The position numbers were made by a program, and so were the translations under genes. From assembly GCA_038891095.1 (NCBI GenBank), contig JAWAEV010000003.1:9028-73027 (forward strand): a stretch of DNA of 64,000 nt, in the 5' to 3' direction. The notes below the pieces were generated by a model, which did not search any database, had not been told where the DNA came from, and was given only the letters and a program-made list of their open reading frames with translations. The DNA comes from Candidatus Altiarchaeota archaeon (GTDB lineage: Archaea > Altiarchaeota > Altiarchaeia > IMC4 > QMZM01). How positions within the stretch are numbered: the first letter of the stretch is position 1; the number at the start of each line of letters is the position of its first letter. Positions 49,062-59,738 of the stretch are shown here, piece after piece.

Positions 49062-50219
49062 CTATAAGCCTGCTGCTTTTCTTAGTTCATCAACCATATC
49101 TAATTTTTCCCAAGTAAATTCTGGTTCATCTCTACCAAAGTGTCCATAGCATGCGGTTTTTCTATATATTGGCCTTCTTAGCTTTAATTTTTCAATTATT
49201 CCATTTGGTGTGAAGTCAAAATTTTTCTTTACAATCTCCAAAATTTTTTCTTCCTGAATTTTTGAAGTTTTGAAAGTATCTATAAAAATTGAAATAGGTT
49301 CAGGAACGCCAATAACATAAGCAACTTGTAATAAACATTTTTCTGCAAGACCTGCTGCGACAATATTCTTTGCAACATACCTTGCCATATAAGCTGCTGA
49401 GCGATCAACTTTTGTTGGGTCTTTTCCTGAAAATGCACCACCACCATGAGGAACAGTTCCACCATAGGTATCAACAATTACTTTTCTACCAGTCATTCCA
49501 GTATCAGATTGTGGGCCACCTATCACAAATTTTCCAGTTTCATTTACAAAAAATTTTGTTTTTTTATCAATAAACTCAGAAAGCACAGGCTTTGCAATAA
49601 CTTCTATAATCTCCTCTCTTGCTTTCTTACTAAGCATATCTGTTTTTTTATCGACAACTTCTTCAGTATGCTGGCATGCCAAAACAACATTTTCTACTCG
49701 TATGTTATTAGCATCATTATACTCAATAGTAACTTGAGATTTACCATCTGGACCGATATAGCTAAGTATATTTTTCTTTCTTACCTCTGCCATCCTTTTT
49801 GTTAATTTATGAGCAAGAACTATTGGTAATGGCATTAATTCTTTTGTTTCATTGCATGCATAACCAATCATCATCCCTTGATCACCTGCTCCGCCTTTAT
49901 CAACACCTTTTGCTATGTCTGGAGATTGAGTATGAATTGCATTGAGTATAGCACATGTTTTGTAGTCAAAACCATATTTTTGATCATCATAACCAATATC
50001 CTTTAATAAATTTCTACATATCTTATGTATGTCTGCATATGCATTTGTTGTGATTTCACCACCAATTATCACAAGACCCATTGTTATATATGTTTCACAA
50101 GCAACTCTCCCATATGGATCTTGTCTTAAAATTTCATCTAAAACAGCATCTGAAATCTGGTCGCAAACTTTATCAGGATGTCCTTCAGCAACACTTTCTG
50201 ATGTGATATATCTCTTCAT
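49062..50219 (-). CDS. metK: S-adenosylmethionine synthetase, bacterial/eukaryotic type
   Basis: 385 aa with bacterial-type MetK signatures (…SESV.EGHPDK.CDQ…, [15 protein letters not shown]). It is not the divergent archaeal MAT class. Confidence 0.9.
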   Translation of the reverse strand: MKRYITSESVAEGHPDKVCDQISDAVLDEILRQDPYGRVACETYITMGLVIIGGEITTNAYADIHKICRNLLKDIGYDDQKYGFDYKTCAILNAIHTQSPDIAKGVDKGGAGDQGMMIGYACNETKELMPLPIVLAHKLTKRMAEVRKKNILSYIGPDGKSQVTIEYNDANNIRVENVVLACQHTEEVVDKKTDMLSKKAREEIIEVIAKPVLSEFIDKKTKFFVNETGKFVIGGPQSDTGMTGRKVIVDTYGGTVPHGGGAFSGKDPTKVDRSAAYMARYVAKNIVAAGLAEKCLLQVAYVIGVPEPISIFIDTFKTSKIQEEKILEIVKKNFDFTPNGIIEKLKLRRPIYRKTACYGHFGRDEPEFTWEKLDMVDELRKAAGL

Positions 50220-50233
50220 TTTAATTTTCTAAA

Positions 50234-51166
50234 TTAATCGGTTATTCCATTGCTTGTTACCTGAAAAACACATTCACCTTCAGGCATTGATGGTGAGTCT
50301 ATAAGCCTAGCAATTCTTTTATCACCTTTACTTTTTCTTAAATAAATTCTATATGTTGCAGTATGCCCAACAACATGTCCTCCAATAGGTTCAGTAGGAT
50401 CACCAAAGAGAATATCAGGTCTTGCCATCACTTGATTTGTTACAACAACTGCTATATTATATGGATCAGCTAATTTTCTGAGAAGTAAATGTAGTAGTCT
50501 GTTCAACTTTTGTTGTCTATCAGCCAATGTTCCTCTGCCAACATATTCTGCTCTAAAGTGAGCAGTTAATGAATCCATAACAACAAGTTTTGTGTTATAT
50601 TCCTTTGCTACTTCAGCAGCCTTTTCAACAAGCAAAAATTGATGGTCAGAATTATATGCTCTTGCAATATGCACATTTTTTAGAACCTCTTTTGGATCTA
50701 AGCCAAGATAATTTGCCATGCTCTCTATCCTCTCAGGTCTAAATGTATTCTCAGTATCAATAAAAATTGCACTTCCTTCTAGGCCACCTCTTTTTTTTGG
50801 CAACTGAACATTTACAGAAAGCTGTAGTGCTAATTGTGTTTTTCCAGAGCCATACCTACCAAAAAGTTCTGTTATCGCTTGAGTTTCAATTCCCCCGCCA
50901 ATTAAATTATCTAATTCTTTGCTACCTGTGGTTATCTTTCCCACCTCTTTTCTTCTTTCTAAGTACTCTAAGCCAGTTTCAAAGCGCATCTTCTTAACAA
51001 TTTTTGTTGCAGATTCAATAATTTTTTTTGCATTTGATTCTGAAAGCCCTATATCCTTTAAACTGCCGATTGAAGCTGCTGCTACTGATTCAACTGTTTC
51101 AAAGCCAGCTTCCCTTAGTTTTTCAGCGACTGCTTTTCCAACACCATCAAGCTCTTCTAATTCCAT
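50234..51166 (-). CDS. radA: DNA repair and recombination protein RadA
   Basis: 310 aa with an N-terminal HhH (…[10 protein letters not shown]…), Walker [10 protein letters not shown] and a RecA/Rad51 core. Confidence 0.9.
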   Translation of the reverse strand: MELEELDGVGKAVAEKLREAGFETVESVAAASIGSLKDIGLSESNAKKIIESATKIVKKMRFETGLEYLERRKEVGKITTGSKELDNLIGGGIETQAITELFGRYGSGKTQLALQLSVNVQLPKKRGGLEGSAIFIDTENTFRPERIESMANYLGLDPKEVLKNVHIARAYNSDHQFLLVEKAAEVAKEYNTKLVVMDSLTAHFRAEYVGRGTLADRQQKLNRLLHLLLRKLADPYNIAVVVTNQVMARPDILFGDPTEPIGGHVVGHTATYRIYLRKSKGDKRIARLIDSPSMPEGECVFQVTSNGITD

Positions 51167-51211
51167 TTTTGCTTATATATTGGATAGAGAAATAAAAAGC
51201 AATAAAAACCG

Positions 51212-53149
51212 TTAAATTTTAAATTCTTTTGAAACTTTTTTACCATCGACTAAAGCATATCTAAGAACATCACTAAGTGTTTCTGCAGTTAGAATTTCAA
51301 TTTTACCTTCATATTTCTTATCAAGAAGAACATCACTTTCATTACTTTTTGGAATAACAACTTTTTTTAGACCAGCATCTATTGCTGCCTCAATTTTCTG
51401 AGTTACACCGCCAACAGGGAGAACTTCGCCCCTTATTGTTAGTGATCCTGTCATTCCAACAGATTGGTCAATTTCTATGTTTTTCAAAGCAGAAATTACT
51501 GCGACTGCTACAGAAATACTTGCTGAATCACCTTCAACACCCTCATAAGTTTGCAAGAATTGGACAAATATATCATACTTCTCTTTTATATCCTCACCAT
51601 AGGCTTTCATAATAACAGCAGAAACATTTTTGATAGCTTCTTTTGCAATTTCTCCAAGTTTACCAGTTGCAATAATCTCAGATTTTTTACCACCAGGTGC
51701 AACTTCTGCTTCAATTGGCATCACTATACCAGATTCACCTAAAACAGCTAAGCCATTGACTCTGCCAATTCTTCTACCTGAAGTTACTAAAACCTTGTAC
51801 TCCTTTCTTCTTTCAATATAGATGTCACCTATTTGATGTTCTAATGTCCTTGCAGATTTTTTACCCTCAATAACATCCTCAAGAGTCACATATCTATGGC
51901 CTTTCTCCTTTGCTATATCCCCAGAAGCCCTAATAAGGCCCCCCATTTCTCTAAATTTTAAACTAAGTTTACCCTTCATACCTGCCTTTCTTTTAAATTC
52001 TTGTATAATCTCTTCAACAGCCTCTTTTGTGAAGTGTGGTATTTTTCTATCTTTTTCAACTTCTTGAGCAACAAATTGCACAATTTTCTTTCTTGTTTCA
52101 TTTGTGTCTGGAGCTACATCTTCCATATAAATTTCATAGCCATAACCCCTTATTCTTGATCTAAGAGCTGGATGCATTTGCTCAATAACATGGTAATTAC
52201 CTGCAGCAACTAAAATGAAATCACATGGCACAGGCTCCGTGATTACCATTGCTCCTGAGCTCATTTCACTTCTACCGGTTATAGCAAGTTTCTTATCTTG
52301 CATAGCTGTCAATAAATCTTGTTGTGATTTCCCAAGAGTTCCAATTTCATCAATAAACAAAACACCTTTATGTGCTTTATGTATCATCCCAGCAACAACT
52401 CTTAAGTGTGCAGGAGTTCCTAAACCACCTGTTTGTAATGGGTCGTGTTTAATATCTCCTAATAATGCTCCAGCGTGGGCACCAGTTGCATCATAAAATG
52501 GTGCAGTTTTTCTGTCCGAGTTATCGACTATAAGTAATGGTACATTTGTTTTAAATGCTCCAATCATCATTGTTCTGATGTTTAAATTTGAAAATAAAAG
52601 GAAGAAGAAACCCAATGCCATAACTACCAAAAAGGGCATTTCAGAAACTTGTACTCCTTGAAGAACTAAATAGAAATATGCAATCAAGGGAAATATAAAA
52701 AAAAGCAATACATAGAACATAGGATTAGGTCTTTTTCCTTTTTCATTTGATAATTCTTTATTTCTTTCAGCTTTGATAATTTTCCTACCTTCACCAGCAG
52801 GCACAACCCTTATCTTTGGGTTATTTTCATCTTCAAAATTTGGATAAGCAAGAATATCAACTAAATCCTCAGATGGTAGAAGCTCAGCCATCGCATTTGC
52901 GAGCATGCTCTTACCAGTTCCCGGCTCTCCAATAAGAAGAACATTTCTCCTCTGTTTTGCAGCTTTTTTTATAATTTCAACTGCTTTATCCTGGCCTATA
53001 ACTTGGTCTATCAATTTTCTTGGGATTTCAATTTCATCTGTTGTCTCGAAATCATCCCAAGATTTCATATCTTCAACTTTCTTCTTTTGTTTCTTAACCT
53101 GCTCAGTTGTTGTATCTGCTTTTACAGCCTCTTTCTTTCCAGAATCCAT
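51212..53149 (-). CDS. lonB: Archaeal membrane-bound Lon protease (LonB)
   Basis: 645 aa. AAA+ module GEPGTGKS / VLFIDEI with an inserted two-TM-helix region (…YVLLFFIFPLIAYFYLVL…). The C-terminal S16 protease domain carries Ser/Lys dyad motifs (…GDSASISVAVA… / …KIEAAIDAG…). Confidence 0.85.
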   Translation of the reverse strand: MDSGKKEAVKADTTTEQVKKQKKKVEDMKSWDDFETTDEIEIPRKLIDQVIGQDKAVEIIKKAAKQRRNVLLIGEPGTGKSMLANAMAELLPSEDLVDILAYPNFEDENNPKIRVVPAGEGRKIIKAERNKELSNEKGKRPNPMFYVLLFFIFPLIAYFYLVLQGVQVSEMPFLVVMALGFFFLLFSNLNIRTMMIGAFKTNVPLLIVDNSDRKTAPFYDATGAHAGALLGDIKHDPLQTGGLGTPAHLRVVAGMIHKAHKGVLFIDEIGTLGKSQQDLLTAMQDKKLAITGRSEMSSGAMVITEPVPCDFILVAAGNYHVIEQMHPALRSRIRGYGYEIYMEDVAPDTNETRKKIVQFVAQEVEKDRKIPHFTKEAVEEIIQEFKRKAGMKGKLSLKFREMGGLIRASGDIAKEKGHRYVTLEDVIEGKKSARTLEHQIGDIYIERRKEYKVLVTSGRRIGRVNGLAVLGESGIVMPIEAEVAPGGKKSEIIATGKLGEIAKEAIKNVSAVIMKAYGEDIKEKYDIFVQFLQTYEGVEGDSASISVAVAVISALKNIEIDQSVGMTGSLTIRGEVLPVGGVTQKIEAAIDAGLKKVVIPKSNESDVLLDKKYEGKIEILTAETLSDVLRYALVDGKKVSKEFKI

Positions 53150-53208
53150 CTCATCTTATAATAAAAATTGTAAAAAGAAAAATTAGATATTTAGTAGACG
53201 ATAAAATT

Positions 53209-54180
53209 TTACCAAACTATTTTTACTTCGTCTGCTCTAAAATTTTGCTTTACTACCGTTTCTTCTATCCTTTGTTTTACTCCTGCAGAATACATTTTTG
53301 AGCCAAGTATTGCGATCATAACACCATTATCGCTACAATACCCTTTTGGAAAAGAGAATTTTGCTTTGTGCTCTTTTACCATAGTACTTAACATCTCTTG
53401 AAGTCTTAAATTATTTGCAACTCCTCCAACAAGAAGAAGTTCATTCACTTTCAAGTGAGCCAATGCTCTTTCAGTAACTTCAGCAAGCATTGCAAAGGAA
53501 GTTTCTTGTAATGAGAAGCAGACATCCTCTAAAGGAAAAAATTTTGCTTTTTCTATAGCAGATGTTAAAACTCCAGAAAATGATAGGTCTGTACCTTTAA
53601 CTACATATGGTAACTCAATATATTTTTTACCTTTTTTTGCGAGTTCTTCTATTTTTGGACCAGCAGGATGTTCTAAACCTAATTCTCTACCAAATTTATC
53701 GAGCATATTACCTATTCCAATATCAATAGTCTCACCGAAAATTCTATAATAGCCATGATTTAACTTTAAAATTTGTGTATTGCCACCAGAAACATACAAG
53801 CACAAAGGATCTAAAAATTTGCTAAAAAATTTTCCAATTTCAATATGAGCTATGCAATGGTTTACCCCTAACAAAGGAATTTTATGATGTAAAGCCAAAG
53901 CTCTTGCTCCTGTAGCAATAGTTCTTAGACAAGGTCCCATTCCAGGTCCTTGAGAAAATGCAATAAGGTCAATTTCATTAAAATTTAAATTTGCTTGAGA
54001 TAGTGCTAAATTTATTGCTGTGCTATAGTTATCACCTAAGAACTGTGCAGCTTCTCTTGGATGAATTCCATATCTTGCTTTGTAAATCTTTCTAACATCT
54101 GCTAAAATTTTTTCTTTTTCTGAATCAAAAATTCCTACGCCGAGAGTGTGGGCAGTTCCTTCAATACCAAGAGTTATCAT
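53209..54180 (-). CDS. kae1: tRNA N6-adenosine threonylcarbamoyltransferase Kae1 (not fused to Bud32)
   Basis: 323 aa. The N-terminal MITLGIEGTAHTLGVGI… and …HxxAH… metal-binding motifs fit an ASKHA-fold Kae1/TsaD. Confidence 0.85.
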   Translation of the reverse strand: MITLGIEGTAHTLGVGIFDSEKEKILADVRKIYKARYGIHPREAAQFLGDNYSTAINLALSQANLNFNEIDLIAFSQGPGMGPCLRTIATGARALALHHKIPLLGVNHCIAHIEIGKFFSKFLDPLCLYVSGGNTQILKLNHGYYRIFGETIDIGIGNMLDKFGRELGLEHPAGPKIEELAKKGKKYIELPYVVKGTDLSFSGVLTSAIEKAKFFPLEDVCFSLQETSFAMLAEVTERALAHLKVNELLLVGGVANNLRLQEMLSTMVKEHKAKFSFPKGYCSDNGVMIAILGSKMYSAGVKQRIEETVVKQNFRADEVKIVW

Positions 54181-54263
54181 TTTATCCTAAAATTACAATA
54201 ATAAATTTGTTTTTAATTTTTATTACTTGAAAATAATATATTGATGTTCATCAATATTTTATA

Positions 54264-54569
54264 ATGAAAGAGGCTCTAAAAATTTTAAATGCATTAGCAG
54301 ATGAAACAAGGTTAAAAATATTAGAATTCTTGTTAGATGGTGAGAAATGCGTCTGTGAAATATTTCCTTATGTTAAAAGGAAACAATCAACAGTTTCAAT
54401 CCAACTAAAAAAACTTGAAAATCTTGGTGTTGTGAAATCTAAAAGAAAAGGCAGAAAAACTTTTTATAGTATCAAAGATTTTAGGGTTTTTGATGTTTTC
54501 AGAGCGTTAGGATATGCAAAAGGAAAAATTTTTAAATTTTATGAAAATGACTTAAAGCAAAAATCGTAG
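54264..54569 (+). CDS. ArsR/SmtB-family HTH transcriptional regulator
   Basis: 101 aa with …LADETRLKILEFLLDGEKCVCEI… (winged HTH with a CVC metal-site-like motif). Confidence 0.7.
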   Translation: MKEALKILNALADETRLKILEFLLDGEKCVCEIFPYVKRKQSTVSIQLKKLENLGVVKSKRKGRKTFYSIKDFRVFDVFRALGYAKGKIFKFYENDLKQKS

Positions 54570-54596
54570 AAAGACCGGAATTAAAATTTAAAGAAA

Positions 54597-55148
54597 ATGG
54601 AAAATAAAAAAATTTTGGCAGGGATTTTTACACTTTTGTTTTTAATTTCTTGCTGTATTGATAGCAAAAAAGAAAATTTGCAAGAAGTGAAAACGACAGA
54701 GATAACAGAGTTAACTATGGTAACATCAACTCAAGAAACAACATCTACTATAGCAACAACGACAAAATTACTTACTACAAAAATTTTAACTACAATAACA
54801 TATACTAAAATTCCTTTTGCCAATCTTGTGAAGTTATCATTCTCAACAGACAAAGAAATTTATCATTCAAATGAAATAATGAAAATTAAAGTCCTTATTA
54901 ATGCAGAAGAAGAAATGAATAATGTTCCTGTTAAGATATATGGAATTATGTCAGGATACTACAGACTACAGATAGAAGACAAAAAAAATCTGAAAAAAGG
55001 TCTTAATGAAATTAATTTTGAATATAGAACTCCTCCCTGCACTGGATGTGCAGGAATTCGCCCAGGAAGTTATGAAGTTAATGTTGAATTACTCTATGAT
55101 AATGAGACAATTGCAAAGGAAACTAAAAATGTCAATATAAAGCAATAA
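54597..55148 (+). CDS. Secreted lipoprotein-like hypothetical protein with Thr-rich linker
   Basis: 183 aa with a signal peptide and Cys (…LISCC…), a T-rich segment, and a C-terminal domain containing CTGC. Confidence 0.4.
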   Translation: MENKKILAGIFTLLFLISCCIDSKKENLQEVKTTEITELTMVTSTQETTSTIATTTKLLTTKILTTITYTKIPFANLVKLSFSTDKEIYHSNEIMKIKVLINAEEEMNNVPVKIYGIMSGYYRLQIEDKKNLKKGLNEINFEYRTPPCTGCAGIRPGSYEVNVELLYDNETIAKETKNVNIKQ

Positions 55149-55151
55149 AAA

Positions 55152-56741
55152 ATGAAAAATAAATTAGTTATACTAACTATAGTAATTTTCCTCTTCAGCT
55201 TAATGAACTTTACAATAGGTGCAGAAGAAAATAAAGTTGTTATTTATTTTTTCTGGGGTGAAGGATGCCCACATTGCGCTGCAGAAAAAATTTTTTTAGA
55301 TGGATTAAAAGTGAAGTATCCCCAAATAGAAATTAAATCTTTTGAGACTTGGCACAATCAAGAAAATGCAGCCCTTTTTGTTAAAATTGCAGAAGCTTAT
55401 GGCACAAAAGCATCTGGAGTTCCAACAACATTCATTGGTGATAATTATATTGTGGGTTACAGAGGCGATGAAACAACAGGTAGAGAAATAGAAAATTTAA
55501 TCAAAGAGTGCATTGACAAAGGTGGTTGTATTAATCCTGAAGAAAAACTCTTTCCAAAAGAGAACATATGCATTCATATTTTCATTAAAAGCACATGCCC
55601 TCAATGTCAGGAATTAATGCCATACCTTAATTATGTTAAAGACAAATATGGTGTTATCATAAAGATTCATGACATTCTTAATGAGTCAAATAGAGAACTA
55701 TACGAAAAATTTAAAGAAATTTATAATTTAGAAGGTGTTGGATATCCAACAGCATTCATAGGTGAGAAATATTTCATTGGTAACAATTTAATTAAAACTT
55801 ATTTAGAAAATGAAATTGAAAATTGTCTGAAAGATGGATGTGAATGTCCAATTGAGAAAATAGATGGTAAAACGCCGCATCTTCCTGGTTATAACGAAAC
55901 AACTCCTGAAGAAGGTAACATAATTGATTTACCATTTTTTGGAAAAATTAACACATCAGAAATTTCTTTACCTGTTTTCACAATAATAATTGCTTCTTTG
56001 GATAGTTTTAATCCATGTGCTTTCTTTGTGCTTTTCTTTTTACTTAGCATGCTCATACATGCGAGATCAAGAGCAAGAATGCTGCTTATTGGAGGGGTGT
56101 TTGTTTTCTTTTCCGGATTTATGTATTTTCTATTTATGGCTGCATGGCTCAATCTCTTTCTTTTCATCGGAGAGCTACCTATAATAACAAAAATTGCGGG
56201 AATTATTGCTTTAATTATTGCTTTAATAAATATCAAAGATTTTTTCTTTTTTGAGAAGGGAATTTCTTTGGTTATTCCTGAAAGTGCTAAGCCCAAATTA
56301 TTCAAAAAAATGAGAAATTTGCTTGGAGTAACATCTCTACCTTCAATTGTATTAAGTACAATTATTTTAGCAATAGCAGCAAACACTTATGAGCTTCTTT
56401 GCACAGCAGGATTTCCAATGGTTTTTACGAGAGTTTTAACTTTACATGAAATTCCAACAATGCAATACTACATATACCTTGCTTTTTATAATCTTGTTTA
56501 TGTAATACCTCTTATACTAATTGTTTTGGCATTTACACTAACTCTTGGAGCAAGAAAACTTACTGAATGGCAAGGGCAGGTATTAAAATTAATTTCAGGG
56601 ATGATGATGCTTTGCTTAGGGCTCGTTTTGCTTACAAATCCCGCACTTTTGAATAACATTTTTGCTTCTTTTGGAATATTGGCAATAGCTCTACTAATGG
56701 CAATGATTATAATTTTTGTTACAAAAAAAATCAAAAAATGA
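55152..56741 (+). CDS. DsbD/CcdA-like transmembrane thiol-disulfide electron transporter with two N-terminal extracytoplasmic thioredoxin-like domains
   Basis: 529 aa. Signal peptide, two Trx-like CxxC domains (GCPHC, CPQC), then a polytopic membrane domain with conserved Cys in TM helices (…FNPCAFF…, …LLCTAGFP…). Confidence 0.55.
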   Translation: MKNKLVILTIVIFLFSLMNFTIGAEENKVVIYFFWGEGCPHCAAEKIFLDGLKVKYPQIEIKSFETWHNQENAALFVKIAEAYGTKASGVPTTFIGDNYIVGYRGDETTGREIENLIKECIDKGGCINPEEKLFPKENICIHIFIKSTCPQCQELMPYLNYVKDKYGVIIKIHDILNESNRELYEKFKEIYNLEGVGYPTAFIGEKYFIGNNLIKTYLENEIENCLKDGCECPIEKIDGKTPHLPGYNETTPEEGNIIDLPFFGKINTSEISLPVFTIIIASLDSFNPCAFFVLFFLLSMLIHARSRARMLLIGGVFVFFSGFMYFLFMAAWLNLFLFIGELPIITKIAGIIALIIALINIKDFFFFEKGISLVIPESAKPKLFKKMRNLLGVTSLPSIVLSTIILAIAANTYELLCTAGFPMVFTRVLTLHEIPTMQYYIYLAFYNLVYVIPLILIVLAFTLTLGARKLTEWQGQVLKLISGMMMLCLGLVLLTNPALLNNIFASFGILAIALLMAMIIIFVTKKIKK

Positions 56742-56971
56742 AAATTGAAATTTTAGGTATGGGTTGTGAGAAATGCAAAAAACTTGAGGAAAATGCGAGA
56801 AAAGCATCAGAAGAATTAAAAATTGATGTAAAGATTGAGAAAGTTACAGATATCTCAAAGATAGTTGAGAAAGTTACATTGACACCAGCGATTGTTATAA
56901 ATGGAAAAGTTATGGCAGAAGGTAGAATTCCAGAAGTTGAAGAGATAAAAAGGTGGCTAAAAAAAGATTAA
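56738..56971 (+). CDS. Small thioredoxin-fold protein (redox-active disulfide protein 2-like)
   Basis: 77 aa. MKIEILGMGCEKCKKL… with CxxC at the N-terminus of a Trx fold. It is translationally coupled to the DsbD-like gene. Confidence 0.6.
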   Translation: MKIEILGMGCEKCKKLEENARKASEELKIDVKIEKVTDISKIVEKVTLTPAIVINGKVMAEGRIPEVEEIKRWLKKD

Positions 56972-56994
56972 TAAATTAAGGAGAAAGTATTGTT

Positions 56995-59727
56995 ATGATA
57001 AGTAATGAAATAATAAAACAGGAAATAAGGAAACTTGTAGAAAAGTATAACAGAGTTGTGGAAGAAAAAAGAGTCATAACATACAATGAGGAGATGACTA
57101 AGAAGGATTTTATTCTTCCTCTCTTTCGTGCTTTGGGCTGGAATATTGAAGATTCAAACGAGGTTACTGCTGAAGAAAAAATTTCCAAAAAAAGAGTTGA
57201 TTATGGTTTCAGAATTAATGGTATTCCAAAATTTTTCTTGGAAGTCAAACCACTAAGAGGAGATTTAGACAATCCTAAATTTATTGAACAGGCGATAAAT
57301 TACGCTTGGCATAAAGGCTGCACTTGGGCAGTTCTTACTAACTTTGAAAGCGTAAAAATATTTAATGCTGAATGGAAAACATCTAATCCATTGCAAAACC
57401 ATCTTAAAACAATCCCATGTCAAGAATTTTTAGATAGGTTCGATGAGTTGTGGCTTTTATCCAAAGAAAGTTTTGAAAAAGGATTAATTGATAAAGAAGC
57501 TGAAAAATGGGGAAAGAAAACAAAAAAAATTACTGTTGATAAGCAGCTTTTACAAGATTTCACAAGATTTAGGGAATTATTATCAAAAAATATAACAAAG
57601 CTGAACCAAAGCAAAAACCTAACTGAAGAGGAATTAGACGAAGCCGTTCAAAGAATTTTAGACAGATTAATCCTAATAAGAAATTGCGAAGACAGAGAAC
57701 TTGAAGCAAAAACATTAATTTCCAGCTTTAGGGAATGGGAAAGCAGAGGTAAAGGGCAATTGATAAAAAGTTTGAGAGAGGTTTTTGCTTATTTTGACAA
57801 GCAATACAACAGCAAGATATTTGCTAATCACTTGTGCGACAGTTTAGACATAGATAATGAGGTTTTACACGAGATCATTGAAGGCCTTTACTATACAAAA
57901 GACAAATCTGTTTCTTATGATTTTTCAGCTATTGAGGCAGATGTATTGGGTAATATTTACGAGCAGTATTTAGGGCATATCTTAAAGAAAAGCGAGAAAA
58001 GAGCAAAGCTTACAGAAAACCACGCTCACAGAAAAGAGCAAGGAATTTATTACACACCAACGTATATTGTTGATTATATTGTAAGGAATACTCTAGGAGA
58101 ATTACTTAAAAACAAAAAGCCAGAAGATGTTGAGAAAATAAGGGTTTTAGATCCTGCTTGTGGTTCCGGCTCATTTTTGATTAAAGCTTTTGATGTTTTG
58201 AATGAATATTATGCAAAACACGATAAAAACTACTCACAAACACAAATAGACTTCAAAACAGGTCTGCCATTTACATCAAAAGTAAAGATTCTTAAAAACA
58301 ATATCTTTGGTGTAGATTTAGACAAACAAGCTGTTGAGATAGCACAGCTTAATCTTTTGCTGAAAATTGCAGAAAAAGGACATCGCCTTCCATTACTTCA
58401 AGAAAATATAAAGTGCGGAAACTCCTTAATTGACGACCCAGCAATAGCCGGAGACAAAGCCTTCAAATGGGAAGAAGAATTTTCAGATGTTATGAAAGAA
58501 GGCGGGTTTGATGTTGTGATCGGGAATCCGCCTTACGAAAGGACTTTATACTTGGAAAACGAAAAGGAGTATTATTCACGAGCCTATGTGTCTGCATATG
58601 GTGCATATGACATACTTGTTCTATTTATTGAAAAAGCAATAAAATTACTGAAGAGTGAGGGGTATTTGGGGTTTATAGTTTCAAATAAATTTTTAGTTTC
58701 AGATTATGGAAAAAAATTAAGGGAATTCCTCCTTTCAAATTGTAAAATAATAAAAATTATTGATTTAGCAGATGCAAAAAGAGTTTTTCCTGATGCGTTA
58801 GTTTCAACAGTTATAATAATAGTACAAAAAACAACTAAAAATAAGTCTAAATATAGAGTTAATTGTTTTATTTCAAATGAAAATACTACTATTTTTGACG
58901 AAGAAAAATTTGAAAAAGTTCCAATTGATAAATTTGTTGCAGATAATGGAACATTTAATGTAAGATACAATGTTAAGAAAGACACCATATATAAAAAAAT
59001 TAATTCTCTAAAGAAAATTGGCGAGGTTTTTGATATTAGAACTGGAGTGATGGGATTTGAATATTGGAAAATGGAGCCGTATATACACGAAGGAAAGCAA
59101 GACACTAAAGACATTAGAATTGCAACCAATAGTTATTTAGATAGATATCGTTTTTTGTGGGGCAAAGAAATCAATCTTTATAAAAAGAAATTTAAAGAAC
59201 CCTATGTCAATATAGAAAAAATACCTGTTAATGAACAGACAAAAAAATTATTTCTCACAAAAAATAAATTGATTGTGCGTGGCGTTTCTAAAAGATTAAC
59301 TGCTATGATAGATGAAGAGGGAATAGGGTTTCTTGTTGCAGTTCACTCTATTTTAACTAACGAAGAACATAACATAAAATTGATACTTGGAATACTAAAC
59401 TCTAAATTATTTGACTGGATACATAAGGATAGGTTCTATCTGGGAAGAATACCTGAAGGTTCTCTAAAATATCCTGTCTCTTTCCTTAAAGAACTACCTC
59501 TTTACCCAAATGTTGATAAGACAAAAAAAGAAAGAATTATCACCCTCGTAGACAAAATGCTCGCCCTCAACAAACGTCTCAATGAAATTGGAGACAAGAA
59601 GACAGATGAAAGAGCTAAAATTGAAGAAGAAATCAAAAAGACAGATGCTGAAATTGATGAGCTTGTCTATAAGATTTATGCAATAACCGAAGAGGAAAAG
59701 AAAATTATTGAAGAAAGTTTGAAATAA
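56995..59727 (+). CDS. MmeI-family Type IIG/IIL restriction-modification enzyme (fused PD-ExK endonuclease + gamma-class N6-adenine methyltransferase + TRD)
   Basis: 910 aa. The N-terminal …VDYGF…FFLEVKPLRGDLD parallels the MmeI nuclease core (…LLIEMKSRGKDLD). The MTase motif I is DPACGSGSFL and motif IV is GNPPYER. The C-terminal ~300 aa looks like a target-recognition domain. No separate M or S gene. Confidence 0.7.
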   Translation: MISNEIIKQEIRKLVEKYNRVVEEKRVITYNEEMTKKDFILPLFRALGWNIEDSNEVTAEEKISKKRVDYGFRINGIPKFFLEVKPLRGDLDNPKFIEQAINYAWHKGCTWAVLTNFESVKIFNAEWKTSNPLQNHLKTIPCQEFLDRFDELWLLSKESFEKGLIDKEAEKWGKKTKKITVDKQLLQDFTRFRELLSKNITKLNQSKNLTEEELDEAVQRILDRLILIRNCEDRELEAKTLISSFREWESRGKGQLIKSLREVFAYFDKQYNSKIFANHLCDSLDIDNEVLHEIIEGLYYTKDKSVSYDFSAIEADVLGNIYEQYLGHILKKSEKRAKLTENHAHRKEQGIYYTPTYIVDYIVRNTLGELLKNKKPEDVEKIRVLDPACGSGSFLIKAFDVLNEYYAKHDKNYSQTQIDFKTGLPFTSKVKILKNNIFGVDLDKQAVEIAQLNLLLKIAEKGHRLPLLQENIKCGNSLIDDPAIAGDKAFKWEEEFSDVMKEGGFDVVIGNPPYERTLYLENEKEYYSRAYVSAYGAYDILVLFIEKAIKLLKSEGYLGFIVSNKFLVSDYGKKLREFLLSNCKIIKIIDLADAKRVFPDALVSTVIIIVQKTTKNKSKYRVNCFISNENTTIFDEEKFEKVPIDKFVADNGTFNVRYNVKKDTIYKKINSLKKIGEVFDIRTGVMGFEYWKMEPYIHEGKQDTKDIRIATNSYLDRYRFLWGKEINLYKKKFKEPYVNIEKIPVNEQTKKLFLTKNKLIVRGVSKRLTAMIDEEGIGFLVAVHSILTNEEHNIKLILGILNSKLFDWIHKDRFYLGRIPEGSLKYPVSFLKELPLYPNVDKTKKERIITLVDKMLALNKRLNEIGDKKTDERAKIEEEIKKTDAEIDELVYKIYAITEEEKKIIEESLK

Positions 59728-59738
59728 AAAACAAAAAA

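Noticed and set aside
56976-57188. 70-aa minus-strand ORF overlapping the start of the R-M gene
   Set aside because: Low-complexity Ser/Phe/Ile-rich translation, antisense to the conserved N-terminus of the MmeI-like protein.
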